Shown in pieces: positions 41,201 to 53,200 of a stretch of DNA of 64,000 nt. Made by a program: the position numbers and the translations under genes. The stretch is taken from NCBI RefSeq assembly GCF_963676685.1, contig NC_092350.1, positions 19,778,001 through 19,842,000 of the forward strand. The letters run 5' to 3'. Numbering within the stretch: position 1 is the stretch's first letter; every line of letters begins with the position of its first letter. The notes under the pieces were generated by a model that saw only the letters and a list, made by a program, of their open reading frames with translations, was not told the origin of the DNA and made no database searches. Source of the stretch: Mytilus edulis. Lineage: Eukaryota.

Positions 41201-44200
41201 AAATAAATGTAGATAAGACGCTGGATTGACAACAAAAACAGTATAATATTAACTTTAACGTTCTAAGCTCTATTTTCTTGTGCAAATAAACTCATCATAG
41301 ATACCAGGATTAAATTTTGTATTTACGCCAGACGCGCGTGTCGTCTACAAAAGACTCATCAGTGACGCTCGAATCCAAAAAAGTTAAAAAGGCCAAATAA
41401 AGTACAAAGTTGAAGAGCATTGAGGACCAACATTACTAAATAAAGGCAACAGTAGTATACCGCTGTTCGAAATTCATAAATTGACTGAGAGAAAAACAAC
41501 AAATATGGGTAATAACAAACTAAAACTGAGTGAAACACATCAAATATAAGAGCAGAACCACGACACAACAGAAACACAACACCAAAAAGCAACATACACC
41601 GAAACGAACTAGTTTACCCTATAATAATATATCAATGGCCATTTTCCTGACTTGGTACCGGACATTTTTAGAAAAAAATGGTGGGTTGAACCTGGTTTTG
41701 TTTTTAGCCAAACATAAAAGTTTTGCCAAATACAGCTAATTAAGGTACTCTATTCCTGGTTAGAAAAGCCTTAGTATTTCAAAAATTCAAACGTTTTGTA
41801 AACAGTTAATTTATAAATATGACCATAGGAATGATAATTCACGTCAGCACAGAAGTGCTGACTAATGAGCTGGTGATACCCTCGGGGAATTAAAACTCCA
41901 CCAGCAGTGCCGTTCATGAAACAAGAGACGTGCTAGACATAAGTTAAAATGAAACAGTTTTCCTGTGGTCTTGTGTTTGTTTGTTTGCTGGAAATTTTTG
42001 TTTATTTTTTCTTCACAGCATTGAATAAAACGTTTCCTGTATCTATACTACTAACGGAAGATACCGATTTCGTTGAGCCGCATCCCCTCTGAAACCATAC
42101 AAAGTCAGAAATATTTGTGATATGACGTATAAATGTAGTGTTTTGTTCTCCTAAATTTGTCCCTGAAAAAAAAACTTTTTTTGAGAAAAAAAAACGAAGT
42201 CGGAGACTGTCTTATACGTTTTCGCGCATGATCAGTCGACGTTCTTCCCTCGAAAGGAGTATGTTCGATAAGGCCCTAAAATGGCCCCCTTTTTAGCGTA
42301 AATTTCAAATTGGAATTTATTGACTAATATCACGATAAATTATAGCTAATACATTGACTAGATAGGATATAAGCCATTTTGTTGAAAATTTTACATTTCT
42401 GCGTTTCATTATGACGTCACAAGTTTTACTCATATTGATTTTTCACGAAAAAATCAATGAAAATGGGTAAATTTCCAAAGATTATTTGACAGGAAACATA
42501 GAGCGCATACGTCGACAACAAAGATTTTTTAAAATAATGTTTATGAAGACATTTAACATGTCTTATTTGAATATTAAGCTTGTCGACGCATGCGCTCTAT
42601 GTTTCCTGGTCCTTTATTTGGTTGAAATCCAGCTGATTTTGTCAAATTTCACCAAAATCCCTTATCTTGACCTTTTTGGGATGTAAAAATCAACGTGTTA
42701 GAATTAAACTTTGACAAAAACAGCTCTGTTTAAACATTTTCACATGTCTTTAAGGCAACTTAAAACAATTAATGTCTTGTAACCATGAACTTTATAATTG
42801 GGGCCAAATATGGCACTTACCGAACTTACTCCTTTAAAATCTTTTTGTTTCAGCACTTGCCCAATTGTACTGTGATTTCGCTGGTATCTTCTACTTTAGT
42901 ACCAATCTTCTCCTCCTGCTAATTTGCCCTTTTCCAGTGGTTTTAAAATTGATAATTCTTTTTGTAAAGGCGACATTTTAAAAATGAAATCGTGATACAT
43001 GGAAGTTCATTGGAGATGGACTGTTCTTTAACGTCGATTTACCATCCTTAACATTGAAAGTCCAACCAATGACGCACCATCATTTTTAATTTGGGGTGCA
43101 AATGCCGAATTTACCCATAGTCAATTACCAGTATATACTTTTATAGATGAAATACTAACCATTACGCCGTGCCATACTCTTTATATCTGCGAGAGCTAAT
43201 CTTTCTGAAAGACGCCGTGCGTGTTTTCTTTCAACGGCCTCTTGTTCCTGTTTCATTTTTTGTCTGATTTTCTCTAAACTATCTGTAAAATATAATCGTT
43301 GCAAAAACTGAATTTCGTCAGTGTCTTCTATGGATATTCGATGATGCAATCTTATATAAATATGTTTTAGAATTTGACTTATTCTAACGATGATTGATAA
43401 TCATTTGGAACAATAGTTAAAATACTGCTTTTACATGATAGTTTAAGAAACATCATGTCTTCCCTTACAAACAACGTACATTCTATGATGTAAGCTTAAA
43501 ATATGCTTTAAAATTTAACTAATATAAACGGTGATTGCTAATCATTTGGAACAAAAGTTAAAACTTTGCTTGTACATAGTTCACTAAACATGACACATCT
43601 TCCAGTACAAACAACGGAAGAGGAGATAGTACAAATAAAAGTCAAACATCAACATGGATTTCAGTACAGATTCAATATTATAAATAATTATCGTATTCCC
43701 AAATCAACAGCGCGTATAATATCTGCACGACATTAAAGTAGCCTAATATAGACATTTTATTTACATGCATTTATGTATATGAATAAATCATATCCAAAGA
43801 AAAAAAACCACTTATTGGTAAATCTTATCTTAAAATTAAACGATTGAGCTGCATCGTGCTAAAGACATGAAGACTTCGTTTACATACCTTGAAGTTTTTG
43901 TCTTTGGATAGTCGCACGCCTTTCCCTTTCAGCAATACTTTTGTCTTTTTGTTCCTGAATGCGAACTAATGCATCAGCCTCTCTAGATAGTTTCTCTTCC
44001 TGACTTCTCTTTCTAGACTCCCATGAATCTTGTATCTAAACAAGAACATATTTCAAAAGTGTGCTTTTTATTCAGGTTACATATTCTTTCAACTGTGCAT
44101 TTATAACACAATTATATCAGTTTCTAGAAGAATGTATCTATAAGTACAATACGATTCCATATCCTTTTAAAATAACTCCAAATAAATAGTAACTGACAAA

Positions 44201-47200
44201 TACCATGCCTAAGTATGAAAATCTTAATCAATTATAAATAGGGCTATATTCCGTTTTTATGAACAATTAAAGTTGCAAGGTGAACGTCAATTGAACAGCA
44301 ACTCGATGACAAAAATAACTAAAAGACATTTTTCAACAGCAGATAAATAAATAAGTATAATCTACCTGTATTAACCAATATTTATTGTTTATCGTTGATT
44401 ATCTCAACGATATTGATTTTCTCGCTTGAGCCGGTACGGCGAAAGCGAGAAAAGCAATCGAGTTGAGCTGACCAATGACCAATGTTTATCGTTATTTTAC
44501 CTAGACGACGATGTCAATTTCATGTAAATTTCATTAGTAACGCCACGTGCCTACTTAGTTTCTAGCGATACTTTTTCATCTTAAGGATGTACTTAGGTGA
44601 GGTTTTGGAATTTGTGTCAAATGTTCGGACTCCTTGGTGTTTTTCCATATAATACAATGTAAAATATTTTGCCCCATAACACCCATTTATTTTTTCATAT
44701 AAGATTTAATAGCTCATGAAAGGTCATTTACCAAAATTTTAGAAGATTCTTAATTTTCTTTCTTTTGTTTTGAGACCTAATAATACCAATGCAAATATAA
44801 GGTAAAAGTCCGAGTCAGCCTTTTCCCGCCATTTTTTAAATCTCAAATATCTCGAAAAGGAGGTCCATGACCTATCAATATTTTTAGCTTATTTTTATCC
44901 TTAATTGATGCTCTATCAACTTATAGTATCAATTTTAACTTCTTAATTTATTAATTTTCACCTAACCTCACCTAAGTACATCCTTAAGCGAGTAGCATGA
45001 TATAAAAAAATATCACAAAAGAGAGATCAAAGGAAAAATGCAAAAAATAGCGACAAAACTCGATAATAATTCAAAGCACGCTTTATGTTAAGTTAGCTAC
45101 CTTTTGCCTTTGTTCCATCAGCTGTTTATGTTTAGCGTCTTGAAGCCGTTGCTGACGCTCTCGCTCCTGGGTTTTCCAGCGTCTCATCAGCAGTTGGTTT
45201 CTTCTTTCAATCTATGAGAGAGAGGCAATAAGAATTTTGTAATATAGCAGAAAAAAAATCATCTTTGCATTTGTATAAAAAGAATGGAAAAACATTACAT
45301 TGTATTCTAAAAAGAGAATATTATTTCTATGTATAGAAAAGGATCTAACATTTACTACATTTTATAAAAAGAAGAACAAAAGACCATTAAATTTTACAAA
45401 AAAAAAAAAAAAAAAAAAGACCATAAATTTTATAAAAAGAGGGAGAAATTTATTACCTAATATTTATAGAAAGAGAAAAAAAATCACTGCATTTTATAAA
45501 AAGAGAGAAAATATATACGTTATATAAATTTAACAATAGTCAGGAGTTATTAAAGGTGGTTGTTAATGATGAGTGATTGATCGACAACGAAAACACCTTT
45601 GACTTCATGCAGTGTGGCACCGTTAAAGTCCACAATTCCTCTAAAGTCCACAACACCGCTAAAGTCCACAACAATTTTCCGCTAAAGTCCACAACGCCGC
45701 TTAAGTCCACAAAATTTCCGCTAAAGTCTACAAAATGACCTCCGCTAAAGTCCACAAGAAAACACCGTTAAAGTCCACAACAACAAGTTCCGCTAAAGTC
45801 CACAAAAAAGCACCGTTAAAGTCCAAACATTTTTTTTTCATTATCAAAAGACAATTTTCTGTTTTTTACACCCGATATTATAGATCTAATTAAAAGCACG
45901 GACTTTTGTTCTTAGAAAGTATTTCTTGTCAGCATTAATTATATTTTTGATGAATGAAAAAAATATAGTATTTGATTTATCGATTTTTATGCGATTTTCT
46001 ATCAATCAAACATACAACATTTCTGAAAAGCTATCTAACTATTATAGTCTTTTTATTTTTTAGTAAATATTTGTTCATCCACAAGAAACTCCAACATAGC
46101 GTTCTCTTTATGTATATGCTGGCGACATAATTTGGAGCCTATATTCGATATTTAAATTTCCTTTGCAATATCTATAAAACATAAGTAAGATTTCCATTCA
46201 GTGTCTGTTAGGTTCCACAGCAGCCAAAACGGTCCGTAAATCTCAAAAATAGACTTGGATCCATCATGTTCTTTTTTGAAATCAAAATAATGATAAAGAA
46301 TACCACACATTCATGCATTTTGTGGTGCTTAGCAGATTTCCATCACTCTTTGGTTTGCATATAAAAAAGAAGATATTGTAGGATTGCCAATGAGACAACT
46401 GTCCACAAGAGACAAAAATGACACAGACATTATAAACAACTGTTTGTTTTGTTTTCAAAAAGGAAAATGAATTTGTTTCAGAATGAAAGATGAATTGAAT
46501 AAATTATACGCGGATGTGGTTCTGTATTGTGTATTATCCATGATAAGTTTTTTTTCAACAATGCTACATGTATATATATGTTCCAGACAATAAGAGTATA
46601 TCTGATTTGAACCCTTACACGTACAATGTGGACCATATAAGTATACCTGAACGTATACTCGTACCGTATGAGTATACTCGTATGGTTTAGTATGAGGTCG
46701 ACCATACATGTGCATTTGTCAAATTTATCAAGAGTCAGAAAATGAAATAAAAACTTTAACCAAATAAACTAGAGTCTCTAAAGAGCCTGTGTCGCTCACC
46801 TGTATTTACTGATCCTTTGGGAATCATTTAAAATAAGGTTAAAATCATAATTTATAGTATAAGATATCATTAGATACTATAATAATATCTAATAAAATCA
46901 ACGGTACTAATTTTGTTGCACCAGATGCGCATTTCGACAAAACATGTCTCTTCAGTGATGCTCGTGGCCAAAATATTTAAATCCAAAGATTATATAAAAG
47001 ATGAAGAGCTATAATCCAAAAGGTCCAAAAAATATAGTCAAATTCGTGAAAGGAATCAGAGCTTTGTATGAGGGAGATACATTCCTTAATTTATAATAAT
47101 TTCTAATATTTTGTAACAGCAAATTTTAATAACACAAAAAATCCGTATTTTCATGCCAGTAATAGCAAAGAACTCAGGGGCAGCAACCCAACAACTGGTT

Positions 47201-50200
47201 GTCTGAAAATTTCAGGGCAGATATATCTAAATCTAATGAACATTTTTGCCACCGTCAGATTTGCTCTAAATGCTTCAGTTTCAGAGATATAAAACAAAAA
47301 CTGATTTTACCCTATGTACTATTTTTAGCTATATGTATATGTATGCCATCTTCGTTCGCGGGCAGGGTCATCGGAGACATTTTTTAAACTATATACTCTT
47401 ATGATGATTGTGGATAAGTTTAGTCACACTTTGTTTAAGTAATTTCAGAGGGGAAGATTTTTGTAAAAGTTAACGATGACGACGACGACGCCGGACGACA
47501 CCGAACGCAAAGTGATGAGAAAAGCTCACTTGGCCCTTTGGGCAAGGTGAGCTAAAAAGTGACGCTACATTTTTTAGTATGAAATTAAGTTCAAATGCTC
47601 AAATTGCAATTGAAGTTATGGAAGTACATACATGTATATTTTGGAAGATAAGTTTTTAGAACATTTAGGAACGTTGTACTTCAAAAAGCGATAAGCCAGA
47701 AAAGTAAAATGGTCAGAAGTATTTGTCACCTATAATTAGTTGTTATACATATATCATGAAATCTACGGGTATTTTTCATAACAAATATTAGGAACTATTT
47801 CATGTAAGATTTTAATCAAAATTAGTACCAATAGAAGCAGACCTCTCATAGGTTTATTTGTTTATTTGGTAATTTATCTATTTTGAAGCGTTAATTCTCA
47901 ATTTCTGATGATATAACACAAAGTTTATATCTTATCCAAAAAATTTGATTTACACCAAAAATGAAAAACAAAATTAACCGAAGAAAAGTATGACCAAATA
48001 AAAAAAAACTTGCCGACGTATTTGTGTGTTGAGAAATCCAGAACTAATAAAAATAAGTGTCTATGAGCATTGGAGGGTGTGGGAATAGGATAAAGACAGG
48101 ATGTGGATATAGAATAAAGGCGATAGGAACGTTCATCTTGCATTGAACCCGAACACCAACAATTGTTGAACTATCCTATAGTCATATTGATTGATAAAAT
48201 GTACGTCACATCAAAGTTCACGGTATCGCTTTCAGAGTTAATTCGTTTCTTTATTCTCTTTTAAAGATACTTTTTTTGTATTTTGAAAAGGCTAAATGGA
48301 AGACTAGTATGAAGTTTTAAGCTGAAACTTTTACGAATTATATAATATCAAAGAATGTTTCTGTTCTTTTCAATACAATTTTATTGGTTTAATACTGTAG
48401 AACAGATTTAGCGTTTTGTGAGTTTATAGAAATTAATCTTGTGAGTAATTTTACATGTGATTAAAACACTTTACCAAGATAAACAACTAGTGTATGTATA
48501 TTTTCTTAAGCCCCATTTATGGGCATTGGTTTTTCCTTTTGAATGGTTTTACACTTGTAATTGTTGCGGACTTTTATAGCTGGCTGTTCCGTGTGAGCCA
48601 AGGTTCCGTGTTGAAGGCCGTACCTTGACTAAAATGGTCTTTTATAAATTTTAACTTGGATAGATAGTTGTCTTATTGGCACTGTGACTCATACCACATC
48701 TTCCTATATCGATCAAATCAGGTTTTGTTGTGACATTTTGGTAGAAACCCATTCAACGCATCGATATCTGATACTAATCGATAAAAATATAACTTAAAGC
48801 ATAGAATATTTTCTTTTTTATTTGGAATTTATCATACTGGCTTCATTTTTCCGTTCTGAAAATCAAAACAGAAATTAATACCGTTAAACGTTGGTTAAAA
48901 GTTTTGCGACAGGAGACCTTTGGGAATTCATAAACTTAGTATTTTTTTGTTTAATGATATAATCAAGATTGTTGCATGCCGTTCAAATGTTATAGATTAG
49001 GAGGCACATTTGCTTTGTACATTAATTATGTCAAAAAGTGATTATATGCAAAGAAATAAGAGAAAAAAATTACTTGTTGAATGCAGTAAATTAATAATAA
49101 GTAACGAATTTACAAACTTTTTAGAAATGATGTCCAAATTGGCCATCAAGATCAAAATTGATAGAACAAAATCATATACCGATACTGTACTTTTGTCATG
49201 TATCAAACTGATAAAAAAAAAAACTACCGAGAAGAAAGGCCAATGCTTTGTATTGTACTAACGGGATAAAAATAACGAATAATATGTTTTTAACAATAAA
49301 AAAATTGGTGTGGACTTTAACGGTGCTTTTTTGTGGACTTTAGCGGAACTTGTTATTGTGGACTTTAACGGCGTTTTCTTGTGGACTTTAGCGGCGGTAA
49401 TTTTGTGGACTTTAGCGGAAAGTTTGTGGACTTTAGCGACATTGTGGACTTTAGCGGAAATTTGTTGTGGACTTTAGCGGTGTTGTGGACTTTAGAGGAA
49501 TTGTGGACTTTAACGGTGCCACAATGCAGGAACTTTTTAGGAAGAAAGATAAGAAGTTAGCAATATCCTTTAACTCTACTTTCCGCTATATAGATGACGT
49601 TCTTTCACTAAACAATTCAAAATTTGGTGACTATGTGGAACGCATCTATCCCATCGAATTGGAGATAAAGGATACTACAGATACAGTTAAGTCGGCTTCA
49701 TATCTTGACTTACATCTAGAAATTGACAATGAGGGTCGGTTGAAAACAAAACTTTTCGACAAAAGAGATGATTTCAGCTTTCCAATTGTGAACTTTCCAT
49801 TTCTAAGTAGCAACATTCCAGCAGCACCTGCATACGGGGTATATATCTCCCAATTGATACGATATTCCCGTGCTTGCATTTCCCATCATGATTTTCTTGA
49901 TAGAGGGTTACTGCTCACAAGGAAGCTATTAAACCAAGAGTTCCGAATGGTGAAGTTGAAATCATCCCTTCGTAAATTTTACGGACGCCATCACGAGTTG
50001 GTTGACCGTTATGGAATAACCGTTTCACAAATGATATCGGATATGTTCCTTACGTCGTAACTACAATCCCCTTCCCTTTCATGAATGTGACCTACCGAAT
50101 TAGACTATTTACCGGATTTGTAATCACATAAGCAACACGACGGGTGCCACATGTGGAGCAGGATCTGCTTACCCTTCCGGAGCACCTGAGATCACCCCTA

Positions 50201-53200
50201 GATTTTGGTGGGGTTCGTGTTGTTTATTCTATAGTTTTCTATGTTGTGTCATGTGTACTATTGTTTTTCTGTTTGTCTTTTTCATTTTTAGCCATGGCGT
50301 TTTCAGTTTGTTTTAGATTTATGAGTTTGACTGTCCCTTTGGTATCTTTCGTCCCTCTTTCAGTAATAATAATTGCTTCCCGTGATATTGATAGACCTTT
50401 GTGAAGCTTTATTTTGGCAGCAATTTGTTTTTTTTTTTCAACTTTGTTTGTTATCTTCGTCATGATTTGAATTGCCTCCTCTGTTGAGTAAGTTGGCGTG
50501 ACTTGTTTTATGTTTGTTTGTAGCGATGGTGTATGTGCGTGAAACTTTGTAGTAGTGGTGTATTGCCAGTGTGTTTGTAGCGGTGGTGTATGTTTATTTA
50601 TTATACTTTACGTTAAATTCCATATTTTTACTGGCTAATATGAAGGTGTTAATTTACTCTATCACATGGCTGAACGGGTGACAATTTTTTTGAATGTTAC
50701 CCTCTCGTCTCGACCAATCAAAAATCGACAATTCAAAGGAAAATGAATTGAATTTACATAAAGTTATTAAAGAGAATGCGTAAGTTCTACGTTTTGGCTC
50801 AGATTTTATTATTTTACTGTCAAAATAAATTTAAAACATTTTGCTTCACTTCTGTTGATTTTTCTAATACCCGTAATGTTGTTATATATGTGATGTCATA
50901 TAAAATACTTTTAAATACAATTCATCTGTAAAAGACAATAAATAAATTTGATGTTTTTACTGTCTTCTGATTGGTTAAAATTATTAGTTTTATTTTCAAT
51001 GTTGTCAATTTTGATGGCGACACGCCCACTCTGACGTTGTGTATTCATACGCCAACATTTGTGTACGTTGTTATTGTTAATATAAATGATATAAAAAGTT
51101 CTTTGAGCCTTATTTTTGATAGAAATTTATTTATAATGAATGGCAATAATTTATTTTGATTTTATTGAACCATAAAACTAATTTTGGACTCTTCACATTT
51201 TACATAATCCACTTCGCGGATTATTCAATGTGAAGAGTCAAAAATTAGTTTTATGGTTCAATAAATTCAAAATAGATAATAGCCATTCATTAAATAAGGA
51301 TAGGACATTCAGTATAATAAATTGAATAACACATAGCTGAGAGGGTGATAGAGCAGATTGGTACCCCTCGAAAAAGCATTGTCAACTTTGGCTTCGCCGC
51401 GGTTGACAATGTTTTCTCGAGGTAACAATCTGCTCCATCTCCCTCTCAGCTATGTGTTATTTATATAGTGTTTTGTAAGTTGTTTTGCTGGTGTTTGTGT
51501 TTTTAATGAAAACACTAAATGTCACATGTGAATATGCCTATACCATTGGAAGTTTAATCAATCAACTTTGAGACAGTCCCTAGCGAAATAAACTTTATTA
51601 GATAACATACCATCTCCTTGTGTTGTTGAAGTGTGTGTTTCCTTTTCCTCTCGCGCTGTTTATTTCTAGCGTCTCTTATTGACCTTTCTCCGTCTAGTTC
51701 ATTCAATCTTTTCTTTTGTCGCGTTGATTTACATTGATGCTCTCTTTTATATCTATATCGTAAAACAAATGATCAGTATAAAGTTGTTTCGGCATATAAT
51801 AAGTTATTTGGGCGATAGAAAGCGGAGCAGATCCTCATAATATGCTTTGACTGGCTTTAATTAATAAATGTATCATAATAGGAAAACCACTATTTAGACT
51901 ATATGATATATTTAAGGAATGACTGTAATATATTTTTTCTGTCTATGAAGAAATATTATCAAAAATATGTTGCACACTAAATAACCCGCGTTTTCAGTAT
52001 TTAAGAATCTTAAATTATGTCTAAAGACTATGAGCTGATATACAAGACAATGGCAGCCAATCAAAAGACGCAAGTTACATCCAAAATCATATTATATATA
52101 TATAAATTTCTCTATGCACTCGATGGTTCACTACATATACAAATGTAGAAGTGATGTAGTATATGTATTATGTATTACAAAATGTTAATATTTTATTAGT
52201 ATTAGTTTGTCTAAGTTTTTGTATGTTATATAAAAGCAACACGTTCAGTGGACTTTGAAGTGTATGGAAATCAGAATGAAGGTATATTAAAGATCGAGGT
52301 ACATTTAGTTTGAAGTTGATATTGTTGTCAACACTTATCAATGCCAATTTCTTAACGAATAATTAAAAAACTATTGACGGATGTCATAGGAGACAGTCAA
52401 GACCAGAATTTTTGATTAAGGTTTTAAAACAGCTCCCGGTTTAGCCAGCCAAAATATCCGATGCACAAGTAAAATGTAGCTTGACTAAATATACACTTCT
52501 TATGGTTTGACAGTCTGTCACATTTTGGCCTGTGCGTTCGAAAGCAAGCATGTGCGTTATCAAATTTGTTTCCGTTTATTAATTTGATAAAACTTGACCA
52601 AATCATATTTTTTTTTATCTGAGAATGTCGGAGACTGTCATGAAATAGAAGTTCCTTGTTAATGTAATAATAAAGAAATAAAAATAACTTTTGACGTCGT
52701 ATTTTGTTGAGTTCTTCCATTCGTTTTTGTACCATCTCTAGTCTCTTCTTTGTATAACTCTCTTGAAGATCATTTGAAGTACTTCTTCTTGAATCTGCCA
52801 TACATTGCTTGGAAATATCAAAATTCATAACATTCATTTAAATTCTGGTAGTAAACCATCTGGTTTTTAATTGAGAGCTGTCTACACATTTTTCTTTAAA
52901 ATAGAATTGTTGTCAAATTTCTGTTTTAGTATCAGCAAAACAATTGACTTTTGGACAAAACACAAACTGCTAATGGTGCGATATCATCTCGTACATAAAT
53001 TTTTTATTAGACTTGTTAAAGTTTCTCAAGTAGACAGATATCAAAAAGTTAGGCCAGCATTACTTGTAGTATTATTGAACAAGTGGTATATCAAACATCA
53101 ATACAGTGATGACCATGTTTATTTTGTCTGGATAGTTCTTGTAGAGAGATTGCTATCCTGTTCGATTCATATGTTGTATTGATTATAACGATGTTTTCAT

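Larger units (their letters stand above)
45613..49523. mobile_element. 3.9-kb non-autonomous DNA transposon, TGT..ACA termini, ~210-bp TIRs built of ~10 CTAAAGTCCAC motifs, 6-bp TSD (Ginger-like, family uncertain)
   Basis: TIRs at 45613-45825 and 49308-49523; TSD ATGCAG at 45607-45612 and 49524-49529; no intact transposase ORF. Confidence 0.9.

Noticed and set aside
45613-45825. Short repeats with variable spacers, resembling CRISPR or iterons
   Set aside because: Mirrored at 49308-49523 with a TSD, so these are transposon TIRs; ORF 45540-45755 and the first 19 aa of ORF 49467-50060 are by-products.
48120-48170. NVH..TNN-like remnant resembling a MULE transposase motif inside the TIR element
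   Set aside because: Too short and degenerate to support, and the 6-bp TSD is not typical of Mutator elements.
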